In this document: in pieces, positions 49,401 through 61,112 of the stretch
Layout of the letters: every line of letters begins with the position of its first letter
Numbering within the stretch: the stretch's first letter is position 1
Translations under genes and position numbers: made by a program
Origin: Antedon mediterranea
Taxonomy: Eukaryota > Animalia > Echinodermata
Assembly (NCBI RefSeq): GCF_964355755.1
Contig: NC_092676.1
Location: forward strand, 4,937,888-5,001,887
Direction: 5' to 3'
Length of the DNA stretch: 64,000 nt
The notes under the pieces: model-generated
What the model saw: the letters and a program-made list of their open reading frames with translations, nothing else
What the model was told of the DNA's origin: nothing
The model's database searches: none

Positions 49401-52400
49401 CATTCCATTCAAACGCTTCTTGGATGAAAACAGCTCCAGCAAATATATCCACCTAAAATGAAATTAATAATACATTATTAAATTAAATGCAAAAGAAAAT
49501 TTAGTTGGTGAAGAGCGTTAAATAACCGTGACTAATTCTCTGTAATGCGCATGCGCGAACAACTTCATGTACATACATGTTCTATCACAATCAACAACCC
49601 TTCCTCGTCTCCATCCCAGCCCCCGCCCCCTCCCACCCTAAACTACACGCACTCCTCGCAGTATACTTTTCATTAGTATTTATACATTAGTAATGAAACT
49701 TCCCTTTTGTATTTGAGATCCATACATCCATAAATCTTTAGTAAACTTACCGATATTTTTGTAAATATGTAAAGAAATAAAGCAATTATTGACATGGTGA
49801 TCCGAAGTCGTTGACCGCCATAACGTTTCTTCAAATATTCTGGCATCGTGTACACACCGGAAGAGACGTAGACTGGCACGAATATCCAACCAAGCGGAAT
49901 TATTGCAAATATGGACTGAAAAAAAAATTGTACAAAAATGTTTTAATCCTTAGATTTCTCGATAGTGATATTCAAAGCTAAGGATAGGCATGTCGATCAG
50001 GGGTAATGATTATGGATCCAAACCCGACTAAAAAAATTAAACGGGTCAGGACAACTACCCCTCGGACAACTAGACTACCCTCTGACAACTACCCCTTGGA
50101 CAACTACCCTCTGACAACTACCCCTCGGACAACTACCTCTCGGACAACAACCTCTCGGACAACTACCCCTCGGACAACACCCCTCGGACAACTACCCTCT
50201 GACAACTACCCCTCGGACAACTACCCCTCGGACAACTACCCCTCGGACAACTACCTCTCGGACAACTACCTCTCGGAAAACTACCCCCAGACAACTACCC
50301 TTCGGACAACTACCTCTCGGATAACTACCCTTCGGACAACTACCCTTCGGACAACTACCTCTCGGACAACTACCCTCGTACAACTACCCCCGGACAACTA
50401 CCACCGGACAACTACCTCTCGAACAACTACCTCTCGAACAACTACCCCTCGAACAACTACCCAAGGACAACCTCTCGGACAACTACCCCTAGAACTACCC
50501 CCGGACAACTACCCTTAGACAACTACCCCCGGACAACTACCTCTCGGAAAACTACCCCTCGAACAACTACCCAAGGACAACCTCTCGGACAACTACCCCT
50601 AGAACTACCCCTGGACAACTACCATTAGAACTATCCCATGGTATTTCATATTAAAAGATTGCTTAAGTATGTATCTTTTACTACAAAATCATAGTTTTCA
50701 CTGTGATTTTGTTTTTTAAATAGGCCTCTTTTAAATTTGCTAATCATCTACGTACATTCACATTTTTTGATTAATTGGAATAATTTCGAATTACATGATA
50801 TTTAAAGCAAGCAGAAATAAAGTTCAGGATGTAAACCTACACCATAGGAAAAGCATACAACGTTTGAAAAAAAGTTATACCATAATTTCGTAAGCTCCAA
50901 CTGCAATACCCGAAGCAGCACCTGTACCAGCCAGCCCTATGAAATGCCCGGTTCCGATGTTACTAGCAAACAGTGATGCTCCGACAGGCCACCATAACAT
51001 ACTTCGTCCGGCCAAAAAGTAGCCTTTGGCATGACTACGGTTTGTTCGGTACATTGACTGTAAAAGAAATTTGCAATGTCGTAATTTCAGGAAAAAAAAG
51101 GATAATGATTATTATTGCTTTTTTAAATTTCGCCCCTCAGCAGAAAGTCAAACTATTAATATTATGATGATGTTGTTTTATTTTATCAAAGAAACAAACA
51201 AAAAACTACGATGAATATCCAATCCTTACCTTTCGAAGATTACTACTTTTTTTCTTTTATGGTTCATCACCACCTTTATTCATTCAATGTTTCATTACAT
51301 AATTTCTAACATTTTCTACCTTTTTAAATTATTTTCTGTTTTTTTCTTATTGATATACTTTTAACCTTTAGTATCATACCATTCATATAAAGTATTTACT
51401 TCTTAACGTTCTTTTTTTGTTAAATCCTCTATTTACAATAACCAATTGTATATTAATTAAAATACAAGTCACTATTTTCTCTCTTTTATACACAAGGGAG
51501 CAGTTAAAATAATAGATTTGACCCTAAAGGTGACTGGAAACAGGCACTTTCCATCAATCAATACAGTGTCCCTTTGGAAGACGGAAGAAAAAACCAGATC
51601 GTGGGACTCGAGCTTTAGGTGTACACTGATAGTATTACCCTGCACACACATCCACATAGTGTACACACATGTAAACGTACACATTCATTTATAGGCCTAA
51701 TTATTATTTTCACCATAAATTGTTTTAACGTATTTATTAATTTATTTATAATTATTATAAACACTTTTAAGATTACTACATTATCGTTTGAATACATCAT
51801 ATTCATCGGATAATAATAATAATATATTCGAATCATAGGATAATAATAATAATATTCATAGGATAAATATTAGCCTCTTTTTCAATAGGCCAACTCATAT
51901 TATATTAAAGTCATTGTTAGCTAGCTCATCAATAATATTTACTAACCGTATACGGCCTCCTATACGTGTTTGTTGCAAACAGGTAGTAAAGAAGATGCTA
52001 AAGTGCAATTTTATTTGTATTTCCAAAAGTGAAAATAAATATACAGTAACGCTGTATATTGTGTATATGTGCAGGTTTTCATAATAAATAGGTTATCTTC
52101 TACCTCTATGACGGTCTGATTTTTTACCATTGACCGGCTCTCAAAACAAAATTAATGTGTTTTGAGAGCTAGTTGAAGTGTTATTTATATATAATCATAA
52201 TAATTTTAACTGAAGAAAACTTTAAAATCAGCGATTTCTCACTGTACTATACGGCCAATTGAAAACTATAGACGTGTAGCATTCTGTGTTCCTGTAGTTT
52301 TATCTCTATATACTCGTTATTTATTTGACCTCTGTCTCTACCACGGTCCACGGCATCTTGAACAATTGTGAACATTCAAGGCCAAGTAGTGCTCAGAAAA

Positions 52401-52506
52401 AAACATTGATTGAACAATAACTTACCCAGAACCCCACACCTATAACAAAGAAAAAATATAAAATAATGACAACGATGTCAGCGGCAGTCATTCCTTCGTA
52501 GCCCAT
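40470..52506 (-). CDS. Sodium/glucose (or myo-inositol) cotransporter, SLC5A SGLT subfamily (SLC5A1/9/10/11-like)
   Basis: 13 phase-compatible exons: 52506-52426, 51057-50881, 49915-49751, 49452-49347, 48105-48025, 47556-47342, 47200-47065, 46006-45899, 45017-44867, 43913-43745, 42731-42516, 41192-41072, 40672-40470. Motifs [100 protein letters not shown], and a C-terminal TM ending GFYA*. Confidence 0.95.
41305..41445. mobile_element. MITE family A copy (degenerate)
   Basis: TIR and internal sequence match. Confidence 0.7.
41872..41950 (+). mobile_element. tRNA-derived SINE head / tRNA pseudogene
   Basis: A-box TAGTCGAGTGG, T-arm ATGGGGTTCGAATCCCAT; the cloverleaf is not intact. Confidence 0.5.
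43884..44100. repeat. 71-bp tandem triplication spanning an SLC5A splice acceptor
   Basis: Units start at 43884, 43955, 44026 and are near-identical. Confidence 0.95.
44230..44775. mobile_element. Three nested family B MITEs
   Basis: Outer 44230-44775, inverted inner 44292-44624, innermost 44305-44458 with TAA duplication. Confidence 0.8.
45203..45355. mobile_element. MITE family B copy
   Basis: AGCTTGGTTCCCACTAGGACGCAACGCAAG...CTTGCGTTGCGTCCTAGTGGGAATCAAGCT. Confidence 0.8.
46581..46780. repeat. Dispersed repeat, second copy at 57229-57405
   Basis: Shared ATAGACTCT...CCCAGACGTTTTTTGGGTC...CACAAAACTGTC...GGCTAGAGC...GAAAA. Confidence 0.65.
48494..48689. mobile_element. Harbinger-type MITE
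   Basis: Long TIR AGGGCCTTTCACACCTG.TCCGGCACGGTTCCG; TAA/TTA flanks. Confidence 0.8.
50043..50637. repeat. 15-bp tandem array (GGACAACTACCCCTC)n, probably one arm of a foldback element
   Basis: About 38 copies beginning GGGTCAGGACAACTACCCC; no inverted partner seen in the window. Confidence 0.9.
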
Positions 52507-53087
52507 ATTGTAAAATGATGTAGGCCTAGTCTAACAATTCTTATGTTGCAAGTTGAAGTATGTCAGCTAGTGCAGCTAGCTCAGAATCAGATCAAAATGT
52601 AGCTCACAGATCATACAATCTGACAGGTGACAAGCTCCGTTGGCCCTGGGGACCTGGCCTTGTGTAATTTATTGGTGTTAGACCTAAGCATACCATTGCC
52701 TGATTGGTGCTTAAGTGTGGGTGTGAATATAACATATCTTTTAAATTATTCGTTTTAAAGACCATCAAAATATTATTAATATGTCCTTTATCGGGTCGGT
52801 GGTACAAAGTTCTGTTTGTTCATGACTGTTGTGAGTGAAGTTCCTGTGTTTTGATTTCAAAGTATAATAATATATCGTATTGTATACTCATATATTAATG
52901 ATGATATGATATTTTCCATTTCTATTGTAATTATGTTATTTGCATTGCTGTTTCGGCGCCACGTCTATCTATTTGTTTTGTGTCAATTTATATAGCGCCA
53001 TAGCATTCATAATAATAAACAAGAAATATTTCTTACAAAAAACGCCGCGTAACAGTCTTCATTAATCTAATATAATAGGTATCTTTA

Positions 53088-55048
53088 TTAATAGAGATAT
53101 CTCTATTAAAAACTAAGATATCTTAGTTTTAAATAGAGATATCTTAGTTTTTAATAGAGATATCTTAGTTTTTAATAGAGATATCTATATTAATAGAGAT
53201 ATCTTTATTAATAGAGATATCTCTATTAATAGAGATATCTCTATTTAAAACTAAGATATCTCTATTTAAAACTAAGATATCTCTATTAATAGAGATATCT
53301 CTATTAATAGAGATATCTTAGTTTTGTTTCCGGTTCAGTGTTTTATGGGTAATACGATTTTCCATCTGTGACTGAGGTAAGGTCAAGTTCCTATATTGTT
53401 AACATGTAATATAGAGGCTATAATGAAATAAAATGGAACAGAGGCAGAAACAGAATGTTTCAGAAAAAATGATGAGGCTTATAATGAGCACATAAACACT
53501 TTCCATAAAGATAAAAACCATTGTATTTGATCACTATTTTATTATGGATGATAGAAGTTTCTATGTACAATTTTGAATAAGTTTTCGTGAAATAGCTTGG
53601 TGGATAATGCCGATCATTTTGAATGATAAGACAAAATTGAAATACCTCTAGTTTTCTAGAAATTTCACTCTTATTTATCTGGTTCGCGGTCAATGCCTAT
53701 AGAAAATTGTTTATAAAATACGTGTTATTCCAGGTACAGTCAGTGGGGAGGAGTAGAAGATGTAGATGAAGAATTGTTATCTCCATGTTTGTAAAACGAA
53801 AAATAAATTTAAACCTGAACACGTCGATACTCATTGCAATGAAACCGACTGTCGTCCTTTTGAGCTGTCTTATTTTATACAATATACTATTAATCGGAAA
53901 GGGAAAACATACTATTTCGGAGAGAGCGCACCACATATTTATTAATTATTTATTTCGTTTTCTTTCAGTAGGGTAGCCCTCTTAGAAATAATATAAAAAC
54001 TGCTCTTCCGATCCCGAGGGGTCCTACGACATGCACATTTCGTTTTCTTATAGTAGTGTAGCCCTCTCAATCAGTAATAATATAACAAAGTTTATGATGT
54101 CGATGCGTGTCCCTTTTCACTTCTTTGCTCGTTTTTTAACCTTCAAATGCTCGGTATAACTATAAGAAGAGTTCACATCCCTTAGATCTGCCTTTTAATG
54201 ATATGTTAAATGCATGCAACGTTTAGTACTTTTGTACAGTATTACAGCTCGAAACTCCACGAAATTAATACAGTACAATATCGGCTCTCAACAATTTAAT
54301 TCTTGTATTTTTCAGTTTTTGTAGCACTGTAGCTTATACCTGTTTGACCTAGAAATCAACAACTATAAACACCTTGGTGGGATGTCCCTAATGGGTCATT
54401 AATCTTCCATTCTCAATGACACACTTCCACCACATTCACAACTATACCATTCCCTACATACTTTGCAACAGGAAACAAAACTAAGATATCTCTATTAATA
54501 GAGATATCTCTATTAATAGAGATATCTCTATTAATAGAGATATCTCTATTAATAGAGATATCTCTATTAATAGAGATATCTTAGTTTGTAATAGAGATAT
54601 CTTAGTTTTTAATAGAGATATCTCTATTAATAGAGATATCTCTATTAACTAAGATATCTCTATTAAAAACTAAGATATCTCTATTTAAAACTAAGATATC
54701 TTAGTTTTTAATAGAGATATCTCTATTAATAGAGATATCCTTATTAATAGAGATATCTCTATTTAAAACTAAGATATCTTAGTTTTTAATAGAGATATCT
54801 TAGTTTTTAATAGAGATATCTTAGTTTTAAATAGAGATATCTCTGTTAATAGAGATATCTCTATTTAAAACTAAGATATCTTAGTTTTTAATAGAGATAT
54901 CTTAGTTTTTAATAGAGATATCTTAGTTTTAAATAGAGATATCTCTGTTAATAGAGATATCTCTATTAATAGAGATATCTCTATTTAAAACTAAGATATC
55001 TCTATTTAAAACTAAGATATCTCTATTAAAAACTAAGATATCTCTATT
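53088..55048. repeat. Two inverted arrays of the 18-bp palindrome AATAGAGATATCTCTATT around a 1.14-kb core
   Basis: Arrays at 53088-53325 and 54478-55048; the inner junctions GAGATATCTTAGTTTTGTTTCC / GGAAACAAAACTAAGATATCTC are exact inverted repeats. Confidence 0.9.
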
Positions 55049-55774
55049 GCTTGAATAAATGACAGCTTGGCGCGCCATAGTTAGCCGATATCTTGAGCAT
55101 TTGACTCATGTGTCAACCTGTAACACAAATCATTCTTCAAAATCTAAAGAAAGGACCTCACACATCTTTTTTGTGAGTGATACACTATGGATATGCCCAC
55201 GGAAATAATATGTGGACATTGCAAACAATCATAGGCCTACAGTAACAAACATACCATGGCTAATAAGCATAACATTCAGACTTGTTTGTTTTCTAGTGGA
55301 TTTTTATTTACTTTAGCATGTAGAATAAAACTAGTAACTGTGGCTATATTAATAATTATACTGATTATCCTTGATGTTATCGCGTCTAATAATAAAATAT
55401 TTTGTTGTTGATAAGCCCAATTTTTCAGCCTTGATTTTAGGCTACATTTTGAACGGAAGTATTTATTTGTTGATAAGCCCAATTTTGCAGTCTTAATATG
55501 ACCCTTCCACAGTGCATTTTACATGATATTGACCGAGGGTTTTTACGCCTATAGCCACTGATCAATACCATAATTAATGTACTTTTTTAAATGAATATTG
55601 AAATGTTTCAACATACCCAATTCAAAAAAACGGTCCGTTTTCGAGTTCAATCTTTTGATTATTAGAGAGGTTGGAGTTTCATTTTGAACGAAAGTATTTA
55701 TTTGATTGATAAGCCAAATTTCTAGTCTAATGATTTGAGATTCAACGGGTTTTGCTTTCAATTGTATAATAATA

Positions 55775-55912
<138 letters not shown>

Positions 55913-56146
55913 TAATATTAAGTATAATTATGAATTCACCAACACTTTCAGGCCCAATAACAATGATCCCGGGCCCGAGTTTTTGTAGACCGGACTTCCA
56001 TGCACAGCCACATGTTAAGGAATATGAATCTCTTTATGATTTTAATATGGTTCGAAATGATATTACACAACAACGATTAGACAGCAACTGTGCAAGAGTC
56101 CAACTAATAAAATCGGAATGATCAATTAATTGAACATTTACAGCAT

Positions 56147-56513
56147 AAGGCCCATACACTAGGACGATAACGATTGACAATAAATAGACAAATGTGCATT
56201 TTTAATACATAAACCAAAAGAAATATAAGCAATTCCTTTGATGAAAATTATATTTTCACACGTCCAATCAAATGACGTCATGATTAGTAAGACCAATAAT
56301 ATCGTGACAATACAGCGATTTTATTGTTTTTATTTATCATGACGTCATTTGATTGGAATTTGAAAAACATTATTTTTATCAAAGACAGCATAAATGATTA
56401 TCCTATACTATAGGTCTAGAACGAAAACCTTTCTAATTTCTTTTGGTTTATGTAAAAAAATGCATGCTATATATTTATCGTCCGTCGTTATCGTCATAGT
56501 GTAATTGGGCCTT
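56147..56513. mobile_element. Palindromic MITE (TWA-flanked)
   Basis: AGGCCCATACACTAGGACGATAACGA...TCGTTATCGTCATAGTGTAATTGGGCCT, with internal inverted arms (TCCAATCAAATGACGTCATGAT / ATCATGACGTCATTTGATTGGA). Confidence 0.7.
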
Positions 56514-57544
56514 TATACAAAAAAAATAAATTGATTACGAAGTTACATGTCATTTTCACCTATCACCAAAAAACTAACCTTTTCAACACTAATTAATTGT
56601 TACGAAGCCAATTTATATTATATATTTCATTAAAACTGAACTTTACGGTAAATGAAGAGTAAGTATCAGTTAATATGAATAATATAACTAGTAGGTCTAT
56701 GAACTTGCGTCCAGACACAGAACTGTGACATTACTATCATAAATGTTGAAACCACTTATAAACCTTTTTTTAAAGAAAATATAATTGTGTTAGGAGAAGG
56801 CTAATAAACAAATAGATAATGTACAAACCTTTTTCTGGATTAATTAATGGAGCAGGCGTTCCTAATAATCTGCTGCTGCTACCTAGACTGATTGTTCACC
56901 TTCTGACGATAATTGATTGGACCCCCCACGGCATCTGATAACCAAAAAAAAAAAATTTACCAGGACTGTTTCAATGATTTAATATCTGACGGCGTATTAT
57001 TATAACATTGGCCTAGATTGACAGTCAAAAGAAAGTCATTGTAAATACCTCCCTTTATGTTGACAGAGCCAAAATAAAGTTTTGACCATTATCGAATGAT
57101 TATTTGACAGTGACTTATTATAATACCGGCCTGGTTGACAGCAAAAACGAAGTTATTATTTATTGAACAAGATTTTACAGATTTCTGTCTACATCTCAAT
57201 AATACTGTATTATCAGCAAAGGCTTTCATATAGACTCTCTTCTCCCAGACGTTTTTTGGGTCCAGCAGCTACCTATAAATTATAGTCGAGTTTCCAAATT
57301 CACAAAACTGTCAGCCTTAGATACTAAAGCTACCGCTATGAAACAGCTTATTAATGAATGTGTCCTCCTGGGACATAGCTGGCTAGAGCCGCGGCGCGAA
57401 AAGGTGTTCTACTAATCTATAGGCTACATTTAAAAGTCAACATCAGTGTTCCTGCAACGAGGTGATTTATAACATTTTTAAAACGTTGTATGGCATCGGG
57501 TACGAATTAACAATATCGCATAATGCGCGATATCAAAGAATGAA

Positions 57545-57657
57545 ATGCACTATTTGCGTACCATATAATTTTGTAATCAAACGTATGCAATGCACTATTT
57601 GCGTACCATATAATCGTTTAATTCAACGTGTGTAATGCACTAATTGCGCACCATATC
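57545..57657. repeat. About 44-bp tandem repeat, 3 copies
   Basis: ATGCACTATTTGCGTACCATAT recurs at about 57546, 57590, 57635. Confidence 0.75.
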
Positions 57658-57895
57658 ATTTTTTTAAATTACAAAACCAAAACAAAGTGAATATCGCGGC
57701 TACTTTGAAATGGATTTTGAAATGACTCATTTCTAATTTTCAATTAATAGCTAAGAATACGGATTGAGATTGTAAATTGCTGTATTTCTGCAGTTAAAAT
57801 GAAGGTATTTGACATTAACACGATTTAATAGCGATATTTGAATGTTCTTTTAGTAGAAAACATAGGTTAGGCGCTAGGCCTAGCCTAGCTAGGCC

Positions 57896-58589
57896 GGATG
57901 CTAGTCAAGTCGCCCCATCGCAAAGTCGCCCCATACAAAGTCGCCCCAAAACAAAGTCGCCCCGACACAGTCGCCCCATCGCAAAGTCGCCCCAACGCAA
58001 AGTCGCCCCAACGCAAAGTCGCCCCATCGCAAAGTCGCCCCATCACAAAACGCCCTATCGCGGCTCATACCTATGAGCTGGTATCCACGCGTAGGTTGAA
58101 GAAAGATTCGTAATTGTGGCTCTGGTAACTAATTTTAAAATCATATTAAATTAACATTTTCGAAACTATAAATCAGGGATAATCTTTTTGGAACTTTCAA
58201 ACAAGGGACTATTTTTTTAATGATTTTTAAAAAGCACATCACTCCATTAAAACCTGTAAAATAAAAATTAAAACACAAATTATGTATATAATAGGATAAA
58301 CATTATAATGTATACGACATTTAGCGCGACCAAAGTAACAACGCGATCAATGTCAAACGCAACCGATATGATTAAAACCGTGGGCGACTTTGCGATGGGG
58401 CGACTTTGCGTTGCGGCGACTTTGCGATGGAGCGAATTTGCGATGGGGCGACTTTGTAATGGGGGGACTTTGCGATGGGGCGACTGTGCCGGGGCGACTT
58501 TGTTTTGGGGCGACTTTGCGATGGGGCGACTTTGTATTGGGCGACTTTGTATGGGGCGACTTTGCGATGGGGCGACTTGACTGGATCCC
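57896..58589. mobile_element. Foldback-type element with 15/16-bp subterminal tandem repeats
   Basis: Arms of (AAAGTCGCCCCATCGC)n and its reverse complement; 8-bp direct repeat GCTAGGCC at 57888-57895 and 58590-58597. Confidence 0.85.
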
Positions 58590-58625
58590 GCTAGGCCTAG
58601 CTAGAGAACTAGCTAGGCTAGAGGC

Positions 58626-60643
58626 TGGGTCTGTCACGATAAATATGGTCCGGGGCCAAAATCGGTCCGGCCGGACCAGTTTTGGCTCTAAAATTGTGGC
58701 CAAAAGCAGATATATATTAGTAAGTTATCTTGTCGGATAAATACTATAAATAAATGTATTTTATCTAAAAACATGACTTAGGTGTTCACTCATATTTCGG
58801 CCTGCCACACACTCACATGAACGGGTATGAGACGCTGATATTGCCAGCTAGATTTTATTTATGATTGAGGCCTTTTTCATTCCTCAGCCTAATTAATATT
58901 GGATAATTGTTTTATAATAATTGTATTGAATTGATATATTGATTGATTAATCATAAATAATTAATAAATTAAATTGTTTTTAACATCATGGGGAAACGAA
59001 GATGTTAAAAAAGAACAAAATGGATTAAAAACAGGTAGAGATACATATTATATTGTATACAAAAAGCCTAACAATTAGTACTAATTGTTGATGAGTTACT
59101 ACTAATAATGATAATAAAAAAAACAGGCTTAATTTATAATATTAAAATAACAAATAAAACCCCGTAGTGTTTGTCAGCAGCGTTTGATACAGTTGATCAC
59201 CAAAGACTGATAACCCGTCTGAGAAATCGCATTGGCATAAATGGTGTTGCTCTTAACTGGTTCCAGTCATATCTTACAGGAAGCTAGTCTGTATCAATGA
59301 TGCATTCTCAGATGAAGCTTGCCTGGAATATGGTGTACCACAGGGGTCAGTAATTGGGCCTGGCCAGTTTTCCATTTATAAGCTTCCCCTTGGTGACATT
59401 ATTCGCAAACACAGTCTACATTTCCATTTCTATGCAGATGATACACAGATTTATGTGTCAGTAAATCCAGTGCAAAGGGATGTTGCTGCAGCAATCAGTA
59501 AGATGGAAGCCTGTATAGAAGATGTTCGCAATTGGATGACAACAAATTACCTAAAGTTGAATGATGGAAAGACAGAGTTTATTATCGTCGGGTCTAAATG
59601 TAACATCTCCAAAATCAACATCACACATATCAGAATCGGAAACTCTAACATCGCTCCCTCATCGGTGGTCCGGAATCTGGGAATCATGCTGGATAGTAAT
59701 CTCACTATGGAAGCACAAATAACAACTGTATCCAAAGCAGCATGCATATCGATTAGGAACCTTGGTCGTATTCGCGGTAATCTTAACGAGAAAACAGCTG
59801 AATTGATTGTACACTCATTTGTCACTTCTAAAATTGACATTGGTAATGCCTTGTTGTTTGGCATACCAAAATCTCAAATACAACGTTTGCAGCGCTTGCA
59901 AAATATGGCAGCTAGAATTGTAACTTATACAAAATCAAACGCTCACATAACTCCTGTCCTGATGGATTTGCATTGGTTGCCTGTTCAACAACGTATTAAG
60001 TACAAACTTGCGTTGTTTGTATTCAAGATCCTAAATGACAGTGCTCCTGCTTATTTATCTGACCTTGTGGATCGTTACGAATCATCCCGCAGAGGCCTAC
60101 GATCATTGTCACAAAACCTTCTTCAAGAGCGTAGAGCGAAAAATCAGTGGGGTCAGAGATCTTTTTACGTTGCGGCCGCAAGTGTATGGAACAGCTTACC
60201 AGCAACAGTTAAATGCTCAACTAGTCTAAACAGTTTCAAGACCAACCTAAAGACGTCGCTATTCGCTGATGTCCTTGCACGTTGTTAATGCACAAAGCGC
60301 CATGAGCGCCACATGGGTGGAGGATACCGGCGCTATATAAGTTTTCATTTATTATTATTATTAATATAATGACTAATCCTGGCCTTTTTTTAATGATATT
60401 GATATATACATTATGACTCATTTTGCGCACCATATATTTGTAAGACCGGACCATATTTGGCGGCCAAAAACAGTCCTACTGCCCGGACCGATTTTATCCA
60501 GGCCGGACCAGTTTTGGCGGCCAAAATTGTTCCGGCCGGACAGGTTTTGGCAGCCATAAATGGTCCCCCGGACTGATTTTGGCAGCCAAAACTGGTCCGC
60601 CGGACCGATTTTGGCCCGGACTGATTTTGGTGTGACAGGTCCC
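58626..60643. mobile_element. TIR element with CGGACC/GGCCAAAA subterminal repeats, carrying the LINE insertion
   Basis: The left end GGGTCTGTCAC...GGGCCAAAATCGGTCCGGCCGGACCAGTTTTGGC is the inverted match of the right end ...GTGACAGGTCCC. Confidence 0.75.
59171..60363 (+). mobile_element. 5'-truncated non-LTR retrotransposon (L2/CR1 group), disrupted RT and C-terminus
   Basis: [10 protein letters not shown] (59171), a stop/frameshift near 59285, GVPQGSVIGP, YADDTQIY, LKLNDGKTEF, LHWLPV, stop at 60288, a short 3' UTR ending GGCGCTATATAAG and a (TTA)n tail. Confidence 0.92.
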
Positions 60644-61112
60644 TAATTTAATGGGAACTGGAATCGTCGGGTTTAGTTTTAGGCCATTTTATGCGGTTAA
60701 TGCGATGCTTGGCCGGAACAAACCGTAGACCTAATAATATTAAATACTGTACTCTGTCTGTAGTTAGTAGTCTACCTCTAGGTAACCAGCTTTATAAAAA
60801 TATTTAATTCGAAAATCGAACTTTAATTTAATAATAGGCCTAGATGCAAAATTTAGGCCTAGCCTAGCCTATATAGGCCTAAGCCTACTAATTTCAGGCA
60901 TAAATAAAGTATTTTTGTGGTTCTTCAAATAATTTTAAATCTTTTATTAATAATTATTATATTAAATTCCTTTTTTTATTAATTTTATTATGACATTTAT
61001 TTCTATCATATACTATTATTATACTCTTACTATATTATTCCCTCTACTAGGCCTACCTTAGTACTAGGGCTGTAATAATAACTTTAATAACCATGTTTCT
61101 TTTGTTTCACAG

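Noticed and set aside
50006-50518. 170-aa Thr/Arg mucin-like ORF
   Set aside because: Translation of a 15-bp array, with frame switches at indels; antisense within an SLC5A intron.
57898-58740. KSP/GDF repeat ORFs
   Set aside because: Translations of foldback arm repeats.
59455-60288. Stand-alone or domesticated 277-aa RT gene
   Set aside because: It is the 3' part of a truncated LINE ORF2 with an upstream frameshift/stop and no ATG start.
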